Shown here: positions 19,970-28,760 of the stretch, piece after piece | Numbering within the stretch: position 1 is the first letter of the stretch | Layout: every line of letters begins with the position of its first letter | From: a virus | DNA length: 64,000 nt | Direction: 5' to 3' (one strand) | IMG/VR virus record: IMGVR_UViG_3300009506_000011 | Coordinates: 1 to 64,000 of that record | Made by a program: the position numbers and the translations under genes | The notes under the pieces: model-generated | What the model saw: the letters and a program-made list of their open reading frames with translations, nothing else | The model's database searches: none | What the model was told of the DNA's origin: nothing

Positions 19970-20935
19970 ATGGCAGACGACCTATTCAGCGCTGGACCGA
20001 CGAACAGCTGGCAGCCTGACGGCGGCCCAAGGGTGACCTTCGCGGTCGAGACGATTCGGGAGCGCCATGTCAACCGGCTCGCTCCGCACAAGCGCTACAA
20101 CCGACCGGGGGCTCGCATCGACAACACGGGCTCCGACCCGAAGTTCTACGAGCTCGCCCTCTTCTTCTTTAACGACACGAAGCAGGAGGCGGGCATAGAC
20201 GGCGCCACACAGTATCCCGACAACCTCAACAGCTTCTGCGGCAGCTTCGACTCGCAGGAAACGGGGACCCTCACCCTCGTCACTCGCGGCCCCATCCGCT
20301 GCAAGGCCGAGAGCTACGAGCGCACCGAGACCAAGGACCTCCGTGACTGCGCCGCCGTCACAGCCGTGTTTTTGGCCGACAACGAGGACGACAGCTCCGT
20401 CGCCGACTTCCACGCCCCGAGCGCCAAGAGCATCGCGGAGTCCCTCGCCTACGCGGCGATAGCGGCCTGCGAGGACGCGGGCGTCACGAGCGCCAACCTC
20501 ATCGGCATCGGCGAGCTGACGGCGCAGCTCGTCGGCTACGCCAACTTCCCGGGCAACTTCGTCGGGGAGTACGAGCAGCTCGGCAACCAGATCGTCTCCT
20601 CGATCGCCAAGGTGGAGGAGGAGTTCGCCAAGAGCGCGGCCGATGCGACGAACGACGGCGAGACGCTGCTCACGCAGCCGGAGAAGAGCCGGGGCTTGCG
20701 AGCGCTGCGGCGGCTCGCCGACGTCATTCCCCGCATCGGCGCCGAGCAGACGGAGGACGCCGATCGCATTATCAGCGTCACATATGACGACGCCGTGACG
20801 ATCTTCGATGTGGCCGTCCGCGTGAGCCAAGATGCGGGCGAGCTGCTGGCGCTCAACCGGCAGCTTCCGGATCCGCTGCTGATCCCGCCGCGCACGCCGG
20901 TGTTCGTGCGGGATACTCAGGTGGCAGCGGCTTAG
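19970..20935 (+). CDS. DNA circularization protein (Mu gpN-like) with C-terminal LysM-like segment
   Basis: ER...RLAPHKRYNRPGARIDNTG; ELLALN..LPDPLLIP. Confidence 0.8.
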   Translation: MADDLFSAGPTNSWQPDGGPRVTFAVETIRERHVNRLAPHKRYNRPGARIDNTGSDPKFYELALFFFNDTKQEAGIDGATQYPDNLNSFCGSFDSQETGTLTLVTRGPIRCKAESYERTETKDLRDCAAVTAVFLADNEDDSSVADFHAPSAKSIAESLAYAAIAACEDAGVTSANLIGIGELTAQLVGYANFPGNFVGEYEQLGNQIVSSIAKVEEEFAKSAADATNDGETLLTQPEKSRGLRALRRLADVIPRIGAEQTEDADRIISVTYDDAVTIFDVAVRVSQDAGELLALNRQLPDPLLIPPRTPVFVRDTQVAAA

Positions 20936-21368
20936 CGCCGCTCGGACTCAAGTTGCTGGCACGCCTCGGCGAGCGCGGGCAAGTGCTCGCCAAGCTTGCG
21001 CATTGCCTCAACCGTCTCTGGATTGGCGAATGCGTCCCGAGTGCGAAGGCGAGCGACTCCGGCGGCCCGAGCCGGCAAGCGCGCGCGACGCGCTGGCACC
21101 AATCGTCCGAGTGCCGCCGCAGCAGATCCCTCAAGTCGGCGCCGCGTTGCGCGTAGACCGTCAGCACCTGCCGGACGATGACCGAGCCGAGCCGCTGCCG
21201 GCGGCCGTGGTCGGGATGCCAAGCCCACCAGGGCCAGCGGTGCCGGTCCTTCCCGGCCAGCGGCGCGTACCGCGCCCTCTCGTGCTCCGAGGCGAAGCGC
21301 CAGCTCTTCAGGTCGCCAGGCAGCGCCTCGACGACGCGCCGTGCGAGGTAGCTGTCGGGTGCTCCCAT
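20853..21368 (-). CDS. hypothetical protein (3' frame uncertain)
   Basis: MGAPDSYL...; overlaps the gpN 3' end. Confidence 0.3.
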   Translation of the reverse strand: MGAPDSYLARRVVEALPGDLKSWRFASEHERARYAPLAGKDRHRWPWWAWHPDHGRRQRLGSVIVRQVLTVYAQRGADLRDLLRRHSDDWCQRVARACRLGPPESLAFALGTHSPIQRRLRQCASLASTCPRSPRRASNLSPSGAKPLPPEYPARTPACAAGSAADPEAAG

Positions 21369-21373
21369 GGCGT

Positions 21374-21898
21374 TCACCTGCGAGCTGGTCGCTGGCAGCG
21401 TAGCAGCTGCTGCACGGCGTCCCATAGCTCACGCTCCGTTCCGGCTCGATCGGGTCTCTCGTGGTCGAACCACCATGACCACGCCTTGTCGACCACGTTC
21501 TGCTCCGCCGCCGCTTCTTCCGCCACGGAGGGCGTTGGTAATGCACGCGATGCAGCGCCGCCGAATTGGTTGATAAAAGCATGCCGTAAATTCTCGGCAG
21601 CCATAGCCGATGCCGTGGCCAAGGACGCAGCTTGCCTTGATCGCCGCCGCAGTCTGTAGCGCGTGGTTTCTCTTGAGCCAGGGCGACCTGACTTGTAGGC
21701 GACGCGCTCCACCGCTCCAGCGTCCACGAGAGAATAAAGCACGCCTCGGACGGTGCCGCCGTGGCTAACCACTTTGCGATATAGCTCTGTGAGCACCAGG
21801 CCATCGGGGGCATCTCGGAGGGCCTGTTCGATGTCCCTCTTCACCCGGCTGATGGTGCTGGGCAGCGCTCTCGAAAATCTGGTCATTTTGGGCATCAC
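21374..21898 (-). CDS. winged-helix DNA-binding protein
   Basis: GLVLTELYRKV...TVRGVLYSLVDAGAVERV. Confidence 0.55.
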   Translation of the reverse strand: MMPKMTRFSRALPSTISRVKRDIEQALRDAPDGLVLTELYRKVVSHGGTVRGVLYSLVDAGAVERVAYKSGRPGSRETTRYRLRRRSRQAASLATASAMAAENLRHAFINQFGGAASRALPTPSVAEEAAAEQNVVDKAWSWWFDHERPDRAGTERELWDAVQQLLRCQRPARR

Positions 21899-22254
21899 GC
21901 CACCTCGGTCTCGGCGATCCAGAAGTCGGGCGGGCCGAAGTCCTTGACGCCGGCGGCGGCGACCGCTGCAACAACGCGGCTCCAGCCGTCCACCGCCGCG
22001 TCGTAGCGCTCGCTGTAGGTCACCGGGATGGCGGACACCTGCACCGTTGCGAGGAACGGCACGCCGTCCCTGCCGCTCGCGCCCACGGCCAGCCAGAAGC
22101 CGGCCAGGTGATACGGCTTTTCGGCATCGATGTAGGCGAGGTAGGCACCGATGCGACTCAGCTCGTCGTCGAGGTCGCTGTAAAGCTCGTCGTCCTCGTC
22201 GTTCAGGTTCTCGATCTTCGCTCCGAAGAGCACCCCATGCGTCATCTGTCCCAT
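21895..22254 (-). CDS. hypothetical protein, leaderless
   Basis: TTGACT-N17-TAGCCA-N7-ATG. Confidence 0.55.
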   Translation of the reverse strand: MGQMTHGVLFGAKIENLNDEDDELYSDLDDELSRIGAYLAYIDAEKPYHLAGFWLAVGASGRDGVPFLATVQVSAIPVTYSERYDAAVDGWSRVVAAVAAAGVKDFGPPDFWIAETEVA

Positions 22255-22290
22255 GGCTAGCTGGCTAGCAAAGGCTAGCTGGCTAGTCAA
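22255..22290 (-). promoter_or_regulatory. CTAG-rich promoter (GGCTAGCTGGCTAG x2)
   Basis: Four CTAGs in 36 nt overlapping TTGACT. Confidence 0.6.
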
Positions 22291-22332
22291 GCCTCGTGTG
22301 GGCCGCGACGCGCCGCCGCGCTACCATGAGCC

Positions 22333-23463
22333 ATGGCAAGCCGCCGTCCCGATGTCATCCGCCTCCAGACGCCTGCCGGCTTCATCGCTGGCTTCGAGTC
22401 CCTCGAGGTGGTGAACGACATCGCTGGCATCTCTGAGGCGATCATCCGCTTCGGCGACGATCGCAGCTGGGGCTACCTCGTGCCGCTCATTTCTCCAGGG
22501 AACGAGATCACCGTTTTTTTGAACCAGCGGCCGCGGCTGAAGGGCCGCGTCGAGATCACGGAGCCGACCGCCGAGGTGGGCAGCGGCACCGTCTTTCAGC
22601 TGAACGTGCGGACCAAGAAGGCGGACGCCCACGTCGCCAGCGCCGAGCCGGTCACCGTACAGGACGTCAGCGTCGCCGACTTCGGGATTTCGCTTTACGA
22701 GCAGATTGGTCTGACCAGGGCCAACTTTCGTTTCGCCGAGTTCGCCGACCGGGACCTGATGACCGGCAAGGCCGGCGGCGCCGCTCCGCCGCTCGACTTC
22801 GAGACGATCAAGCCCGACCAGGCGAAGGTTCAGCCGCCGGAGACGATCGCCGACTGCTTCGAGCGGCACCTCCGCCGCTTCCGCGCGACCCACTGGGACG
22901 GGCCGACGGGCGAGATCCTGGTCGGCCGTCCGGACGACACGCAGCCGCCGCTCTACCGGCTGCAGTGCAAGCGCGGGCCGACCGCCAAGGCGAACAACGT
23001 GCTCAGCTGCCGCCGGATCATCGACTGGTCCGAGGTCCCCAGCCAGGTCACCGTCTACGGCCAGACGCACGGCAGGGACGTGGCTAGCTCCCAGTTCAAG
23101 GCCGTCGCCGTCAACGACGTCGTGGCGGACGTGGCGGCGCGGACGGGGCACTTCCGGCGCAACGTCATCGTTCAGGACCAGCAGGCGAAGAGCATCGAGG
23201 AAGCGCAGCGGACGGCCACCCGCGAGCTCTCCGCCCGCCGCCGGCGGCAGGACGCCTGGGAGCTGACGGTGGACGGCTGGAGCTACTGGAACGGCAACGA
23301 GCAGATCAACTGGGCAAACAACACCACCGTCGACATCGACGTCGAGCCGCTCGGCGGTCCCGTCGGCCGCTTCCTGATCGTCCGGGTACAGCTGCGGCTC
23401 ACGCTTGACGGCGCTGCCGTGACGGTGATCACGGTGGTGGCGCCGGGGATCTGGGTGCTGTAG
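22333..23463 (+). CDS. baseplate hub protein (Mu gpP/gp44-like)
   Basis: KVQPPETIADCFER, NNVLS, TVDGW...W..NT.V.I motifs. Confidence 0.8.
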   Translation: MASRRPDVIRLQTPAGFIAGFESLEVVNDIAGISEAIIRFGDDRSWGYLVPLISPGNEITVFLNQRPRLKGRVEITEPTAEVGSGTVFQLNVRTKKADAHVASAEPVTVQDVSVADFGISLYEQIGLTRANFRFAEFADRDLMTGKAGGAAPPLDFETIKPDQAKVQPPETIADCFERHLRRFRATHWDGPTGEILVGRPDDTQPPLYRLQCKRGPTAKANNVLSCRRIIDWSEVPSQVTVYGQTHGRDVASSQFKAVAVNDVVADVAARTGHFRRNVIVQDQQAKSIEEAQRTATRELSARRRRQDAWELTVDGWSYWNGNEQINWANNTTVDIDVEPLGGPVGRFLIVRVQLRLTLDGAAVTVITVVAPGIWVL

Positions 23464-23611
23464 TCGCAGCCCGCGGAATCGAACCGCGACACTTCCCCAC
23501 CTAAGAAGGACAGTGCCAAGCGCCAAATGCAGGCGCCTCCAGGACTGCGTGTTGCGCGAGATGAAGGCCAGGCCCTGGTGCCGACACTACTCGATGCCGT
23601 GTCCGTCGCGC
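23464..23611 (-). ncRNA. structured non-coding RNA with a 3' tRNA-like domain
   Basis: 7-bp acceptor-like stem CGCAGUC/GGCUGCG, T-arm CGCGG-UUCGAUU-CCGCG; no ORF; own promoter at 23618-23650. Confidence 0.55.
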
Positions 23612-23638
23612 AGATGATCCGTAGCAGGACTCGGCCTG

Positions 23639-23650
23639 CTAGTCAACTAG
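23639..23650 (-). promoter_or_regulatory. CTAGTTGACTAG promoter/operator
   Basis: Full motif; TTGACT-N17-TACGGA. Confidence 0.6.
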
Positions 23651-23686
23651 CGTTGCCCGTGAAACGCTAGCGTGCTAGTCAGCCGT

Positions 23687-24136
23687 ATGGCATGCAGATA
23701 CCCAAACCCCTGCGATTGCTTTATTTGCAGGCCCGACGGCCTACTTGCCGCGGCGCGGCGCCGGCCCACGCCAGGACAAGACCCCGTGGCGGATATGGCC
23801 GAGCCGGTGACGTTCGCCGCGCAACCGCCGGACTGGGCGAGTCAGAGCGACGACCCGCTCGCCGACCTTGCAGCGGCGGAGGGTCGGCTTGGCCCGGCAC
23901 CGCGACCGATCATCGTGCCACGCGCCTTCGCCGACGAGCATGGCGCGGCGCTGCAGCGGCTCGGCGCCGAGCTGGTCAGCATCGACGGGATGCCCTATCA
24001 GCCGCCCGCGAAAAGCGAGGAAGAGATCGCTGAGCAGATCGCTGGCTACGAGCGCGGCGTGCAAGCGACCACAGCGCAGCTGCTTGACGTCTTCAGCCAG
24101 CTCGTCATCGCGGTCGCGCCAGCGCGGACCAGCTAG
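23687..24136 (+). CDS. hypothetical protein
   Basis: MACRYPNPCDCFIC... Confidence 0.4.
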   Translation: MACRYPNPCDCFICRPDGLLAAARRRPTPGQDPVADMAEPVTFAAQPPDWASQSDDPLADLAAAEGRLGPAPRPIIVPRAFADEHGAALQRLGAELVSIDGMPYQPPAKSEEEIAEQIAGYERGVQATTAQLLDVFSQLVIAVAPARTS

Positions 24137-24283
24137 CCTGTACCCGGCCTCGTAGCCTGGTGTGCTCATGCTAGCTGCACACCGGCCGAGTCGCGCCTCA
24201 GCGGACAGGCCGGCAGCGAGGCAGCTCCTAACATAGGTTGCTAGCAGGACGCTCCGCCGCCGTCAACGTGGTAGACTCGGCGC

Positions 24284-25156
24284 ATGTCAGCAGGCAACCG
24301 GATGATCGAGCTGGGCCGCGTGCTCGCGACCAGCGTTACGCCCACGAACCGAGCGATCCTCGGCAACATCGGCTCCCTCGGCGACGATAATACCGGCGAT
24401 CAGGGCGATATTGGCAACGATGAGCGCTTTTTCACCCATCCCGTCTACTGCCGGCCGCTCGGCCACGTGAAGGAGGAGGACGCCACGCCGCTCAACCCGG
24501 CGGGCGTCTGCGAGTCGGTCATCATCCGATCGGCGGACGAGGTCTATCCCATCGGCTACCGCGACCTGCGCCTCAGCCGGCTGGTGAACCCGATCGAAGG
24601 CGAGGTGGGGATCGTCGGCTACCAGGGCGGTTTCATCAGCCTGCGGCCGAACGCGGACGGCGACGGGACGAACTTCCTGCTCTACGGCGCCCGACGGGGA
24701 ACTGACGGCGAGGTGGAGGCGGCCAGCTCGATCGCCATCGACTCGACCAGCTCTCAGAGGCAGATCCTGCTTCAGCACGAGCTCGGCCAGACGCTCACGC
24801 TGAACAAGGACGGGGGCGTCGTCATGGCCAACGCCGCCAACGACGCTTGGCTTGAGGTGAATCCGGACGGGATCTCGCTGAACGGCAACACCGCGATCAC
24901 CGGCGCCGTCCGCGAGGTGACGGTGGGCGATCCGCTGTCGGCGCAGAACGTGGCGCTGGCGCCGGACCTGATCACCTTCGTCCAGAACGCCGGCCCGACC
25001 TTGACGGCTCTCATGACGGCCGTCAACGTGCTGGCGCCGGGGACGTTTACCCCTGCGCAGATCACGGCCATGGCCAACGCCTTCGCGCCGTACGTGGCCG
25101 CGACAACCGTCCAGTCGACGATCCTCAAGGCATCGCCCTTCCTGCCATCGCCGTGA
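24284..25156 (+). CDS. baseplate spike (Mu gp45/gpV-like)
   Basis: YRDLRL...EGEVGIVG; beta-helix-like repeats; synteny. Confidence 0.7.
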   Translation: MSAGNRMIELGRVLATSVTPTNRAILGNIGSLGDDNTGDQGDIGNDERFFTHPVYCRPLGHVKEEDATPLNPAGVCESVIIRSADEVYPIGYRDLRLSRLVNPIEGEVGIVGYQGGFISLRPNADGDGTNFLLYGARRGTDGEVEAASSIAIDSTSSQRQILLQHELGQTLTLNKDGGVVMANAANDAWLEVNPDGISLNGNTAITGAVREVTVGDPLSAQNVALAPDLITFVQNAGPTLTALMTAVNVLAPGTFTPAQITAMANAFAPYVAATTVQSTILKASPFLPSP

Positions 25157-25368
25157 GCAGCTGCGCCTTCCCGCCGATCCAGCCGCCAGGCTTCGCGCCG
25201 CCGGGCTTGCCCGGCGTGCCGGCGCTTCCGCCGACGCCGACGCCGCCTGACTACCCCGGCCTGCCATTCCCACCGATCCAGCCGCCAGGCTTCGCGCCGC
25301 CGGGCTTGCCCGGCGTGCCGGCGCTTCCGCCGCAGCCGACGCTGGACTGTCCGCTTGACGCGCCGTGA
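25153..25368 (+). CDS. small Pro-rich protein with an internal tandem duplication
   Basis: FPPIQPPGFAPPGLPGVPALPP x2; GTGA overlap. Confidence 0.55.
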   Translation: MSSCAFPPIQPPGFAPPGLPGVPALPPTPTPPDYPGLPFPPIQPPGFAPPGLPGVPALPPQPTLDCPLDAP

Positions 25369-25389
25369 GAACGGCAGCACCTTCTCGCC

Positions 25390-25926
25390 ATGCGCAAGCT
25401 CGCTCCGTTCCTCCTCCTTGCTCTCCTCCTTCCGCTGATCGCCGCCTGGGACTTCGGCATCGAGCACCGGCACCAGCCGCTGCTGCTCGGCGACGCTACA
25501 GGCTGGGAGCACGACCGCGCTACCCTCGTCCAGACCGGGACGGGGCAGGTATGGCTCGAGCTGCCGCAGCTCTACGACGGCGAGACGCTCGGCTACGTCG
25601 AGGTACGTTACCAGGGCGGCGCCGGCCACACGAGCAATCCGGTCGGTCTCGGGATCGTGACGCCGCGGCTCGACGTCTACCACGTCGACCGCGACGGCAA
25701 GGAGACGAAGCTCTGCTGGGGGCAGGACGATCCGCATCAGAGCCCGGCCGCCTACGAGCAGCCGCACAGCGTCTACGCCACCGGCTGCGAGCACGCCGTG
25801 GACCCCGCGAGCGGCCGCATCGTGGCGCGGTGGTCAGGCGAGTTTACGGAGGGGTGGTACGACGGTGGACCAGCTGACTTTCACCTCGGTGCTAAGGTAC
25901 TGTCGATCACGACCGTGACATACTAG
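25390..25926 (+). CDS. secreted protein paralogous to tail protein 31520..32242
   Basis: Signal peptide MRKLAPFLLLALLLPLIAA; colinear shared motifs. Confidence 0.7.
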   Translation: MRKLAPFLLLALLLPLIAAWDFGIEHRHQPLLLGDATGWEHDRATLVQTGTGQVWLELPQLYDGETLGYVEVRYQGGAGHTSNPVGLGIVTPRLDVYHVDRDGKETKLCWGQDDPHQSPAAYEQPHSVYATGCEHAVDPASGRIVARWSGEFTEGWYDGGPADFHLGAKVLSITTVTY

Positions 25927-26337
25927 CTCGAAGCCCATCATGAGGTACTCGACGCCGGGGACCGGGTAGCCACAGCACTGCGGTCGGTTGACGCCGCCCA
26001 TCAGCATCCGCGCAGATTGCCGCAGAAGCTGGTCGTAGCTGGGTCCGCCGCCTGGCCGGTTGTCCTCCGCCGCGCGGGGACCTAGGACGCGGTCGCACCG
26101 GCTGCACCGCCACGCCGGCGCCACCACGGAGGACGTCTCGCCTTCGCCGATTCCCCAGTCAGCGAAGAGCCACCACCGGTAGGGGTTTCTCAAGTCGGCG
26201 GGATAATGCTGCCGGGCCGCGTGTAGCTGCCGTGGCGATGGTCGCTTCGGATGCGTCTGAGCGTAGAGCTTCAGCGAATCCCGAGGCGATAGCACCGTGT
26301 ACCGCGTGCCGCTCGGCGTCAGGACCTTGTAGCTCAT
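25834..26337 (-). CDS. hypothetical protein
   Basis: MSYKVLTP..., CxxC; ATGA overlap upstream. Confidence 0.45.
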   Translation of the reverse strand: MSYKVLTPSGTRYTVLSPRDSLKLYAQTHPKRPSPRQLHAARQHYPADLRNPYRWWLFADWGIGEGETSSVVAPAWRCSRCDRVLGPRAAEDNRPGGGPSYDQLLRQSARMLMGGVNRPQCCGYPVPGVEYLMMGFELVCHGRDRQYLSTEVKVSWSTVVPPLRKLA

Positions 26338-26783
26338 GGGTTTCGGATCCGGTTGTCGGCGCGGCCTGGCCGACTCGTGCGGAACGTCAGCTCGACGCAC
26401 GGCTCCCGCCACTCGTCGCCGTGGCCGTTGTTGCCGAGCTTGACGAAGCGGCCGGTCTTAGGCCGGCGGAAGCCAAAGGCGCAGCTATGTCGGGAGTGCC
26501 AGGACCAGAACAGCTCTAGGCCGAGCAGCTTGTGCTCGTGCATGTCGAACGCCCAGCGACGAAGCTCCTCGTGCCATACTTGCCATGGCCAGCCGTCCCT
26601 GGTGGTAATCGCCAGATCCAGGAATGGCTCGCGCAGCAGGTCGCCCCGGTGGCCTAGCCTGACTCGCCGGATGCCGACGGCTCCGCCGTGGCCGTCATGC
26701 CAGAACCAGTACAGCTCATGAGGGCCAAGCTGGTACTCGTGATTGTCCCAGCCCCAACGGCGCAGCCGCTCACGCCAGCTCAT
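26334..26783 (-). CDS. hypothetical Trp-rich protein
   Basis: Operonic ORF. Confidence 0.5.
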   Translation of the reverse strand: MSWRERLRRWGWDNHEYQLGPHELYWFWHDGHGGAVGIRRVRLGHRGDLLREPFLDLAITTRDGWPWQVWHEELRRWAFDMHEHKLLGLELFWSWHSRHSCAFGFRRPKTGRFVKLGNNGHGDEWREPCVELTFRTSRPGRADNRIRNP

Positions 26784-26870
26784 GGCACCCGACTCTGTAC
26801 TTTCGCAGCTCGGCCTTCTCCTCGTCTGTCAGATCCGGCAACTCAAAGCCCCATCGATCAAGCAACCGTT

Positions 26871-27425
26871 TCATGGCCACCTCGTCAGCTGGACATCGTC
26901 CGGCACTCGTGCCTTGCTCCGGGCGAGCGGATGCTTCGGGCTTCCGTCGCTGTTCTTGCCGAGGCACCACAGCTCGCGGCGCTCGTCTCGGCGCAGCGGC
27001 GCGGCTAGCCGCTGGCGGATCGACTCGCCGCGCTCAAGCGTCCACGGCTGCAGCAGTGCGCCCCAGGCTGCCACCACAAGCTCGGCTGACTGCGCGGCTC
27101 GCAGGACGTGGTAGTCATTGTGGACGCCCACAGCGGCCAGCAGACCGCGCTGCTTGATGGTCCGCTCGACCACCGCCGGATCGGTGGCTCGGAGAGCGAA
27201 GAGATTGACGACGATCAGGCTGCCGAATCCCCACCGGCGGCTGAAGCGGATGCAACGGCGGATCGTTGGATCGTCTTGCTCCGCGTCCGCGGTGGATGGA
27301 TTGCACATGATCCAGCAGACGACCGGCCCGCCGCCGCCGCACGGTCGCACGAGGGTCCAGCGGTAGCGTCCGCAGCCGCTGATCCCGGCACCGTAGCCGA
27401 CGGCGAGCGTGAGCTGCTGTGTCAC
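26871..27425 (-). CDS. DUF1643-family protein
   Basis: CGRYRW.L, IMCNPSTADA..DDPTIRRC, VNLFALRATDP, VVAAWG, PKHPL. Confidence 0.9.
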   Translation of the reverse strand: MTQQLTLAVGYGAGISGCGRYRWTLVRPCGGGGPVVCWIMCNPSTADAEQDDPTIRRCIRFSRRWGFGSLIVVNLFALRATDPAVVERTIKQRGLLAAVGVHNDYHVLRAAQSAELVVAAWGALLQPWTLERGESIRQRLAAPLRRDERRELWCLGKNSDGSPKHPLARSKARVPDDVQLTRWP

Positions 27426-28243
27426 GACCGCCGCCGCTCCCGGAGAGCAAGTTCGATTTTGGCGTGTGCGGCGTCGGCATCATGTCGGCTTCGGATGCCA
27501 CCTAGTAGCGTGGCGTAGTCAGCCTCTGCCGGCGCGGCGTGGCCGCTCGCGAGCACGTCCTCTGGCTTCAGCCGCACCAGCAGTTGGGCGCACAGCTCCG
27601 TCGCTCCTTCGCGTCCCAGCTCTGTGATGAGGCGCTGTGCGGTGGTCTCGGGGTCCGTGACGAGGTCCGTGGGCGTCTGGCCTTCGAGGTGGAGACTCAC
27701 CTCGAAGGCTGCTAGGTGGCAGTCATCGCATGCATCTGACAAGCGCTCGTGACAGACCAGCTCGGAACGGATCTGCTCTATCCTCTCTGGCGTGCACTGG
27801 GATATGACATCGTTGCACGGTTCAGCGGGGGCCGTCTCTACTGTCAGCCAGGCGATGAGATCTCCCAGGTCAGCGCCGATCCAGTCGGCCGCCGCCCACA
27901 TCGGCTCCGGCTCGCCAACTTCGAGTAGGACGGCCGTCGGCTTGTCTGCGCCGATGGCGTAGCCAAGCTCGAGGTGAGCGCTCCGGCCGCACGGCATGAC
28001 GAGCACCAGCGCGTCGCAAGATTCGAGCGCCTGCATATCGCAGACGAAGCTCCGCTGGGCGATGGGGTGCTTCAGCGCCTCGACGACCTCCTCTGCCGAC
28101 CAGCTCTCCCAGGCTGGATCAATATCCGACCAGTGGAAGTCAGCGTGGGTGCGGAAGTCGTAGACATCGTTGCCGGCGGCGCGCAGCGCCTGAACGACGC
28201 CGGGCTGTCGCGGATTTCTCCAGCTGCTTGCAACATAGATCAT
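27422..28243 (-). CDS. nucleoside deoxyribosyltransferase-like domain protein
   Basis: MIYVASSWRN, D...L..CDALVLV.PCGRSAHLELGYA.G. Confidence 0.75.
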   Translation of the reverse strand: MIYVASSWRNPRQPGVVQALRAAGNDVYDFRTHADFHWSDIDPAWESWSAEEVVEALKHPIAQRSFVCDMQALESCDALVLVMPCGRSAHLELGYAIGADKPTAVLLEVGEPEPMWAAADWIGADLGDLIAWLTVETAPAEPCNDVISQCTPERIEQIRSELVCHERLSDACDDCHLAAFEVSLHLEGQTPTDLVTDPETTAQRLITELGREGATELCAQLLVRLKPEDVLASGHAAPAEADYATLLGGIRSRHDADAAHAKIELALRERRRS

Positions 28244-28270
28244 GCCCCGACACTACAGCACCTGCGCCGC

Positions 28271-28282
28271 CTAGTCAACTAG
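28271..28282 (-). promoter_or_regulatory. CTAGTTGACTAG promoter/operator
   Basis: TTGACT-N17-TAGTGT-N6-ATG(28243). Confidence 0.7.
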
Positions 28283-28331
28283 TAACTGCTAGCAGGATAG
28301 CCCCGGCGGCGGCCGGCGGTAGAATTGGCTC

Positions 28332-28760
28332 ATGGTCTTCATCCCGCCGTGTGGCGTCTCGCCGCTGTCCGCCTACGTGCTCGGAGCGGCGGTGCCAGCG
28401 CCAGACAGCCCCCCGGTGTACCGCGCGGACGCCTTCGACCTGGCGACCGGTGAGCTGGCCAGCGTGGTCGGCGGGATCGACCCCACAGACGCCGCCGTGC
28501 AGGACGCGTTCACGATCCGGCGCGGCTCGGGCGCAGTCACCGAGGGCGGCCACGCGTTCGACGCGATCAAGCACAACGAAGACCAGACGCCCCGGCGGCT
28601 GCAGGATGAGGCCGGCGTCATCTTCAAGCCCTTCGTTGAGCGCCGGGACGTGGACCTCCTTCGGAGCAGCACGAAAAGCGGAGCAGCCGATCACCAGGAG
28701 CTGACGGTCGAGTACTACAACCGCGCCCGAGCCCAGAAGGAGACGGTGAGGCCGGCATGA
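28332..28760 (+). CDS. baseplate wedge protein (gp46/gp25-like)
   Basis: Position before baseplate J; size. Confidence 0.6.
   Translation: MVFIPPCGVSPLSAYVLGAAVPAPDSPPVYRADAFDLATGELASVVGGIDPTDAAVQDAFTIRRGSGAVTEGGHAFDAIKHNEDQTPRRLQDEAGVIFKPFVERRDVDLLRSSTKSGAADHQELTVEYYNRARAQKETVRPA

Noticed and set aside
25168-25332. Roughly 65-bp direct repeat as a mobile-element end or DGR repeat
   Set aside because: In-frame duplication in a Pro-rich ORF, with no adenine-specific variation and no reverse transcriptase in the window.
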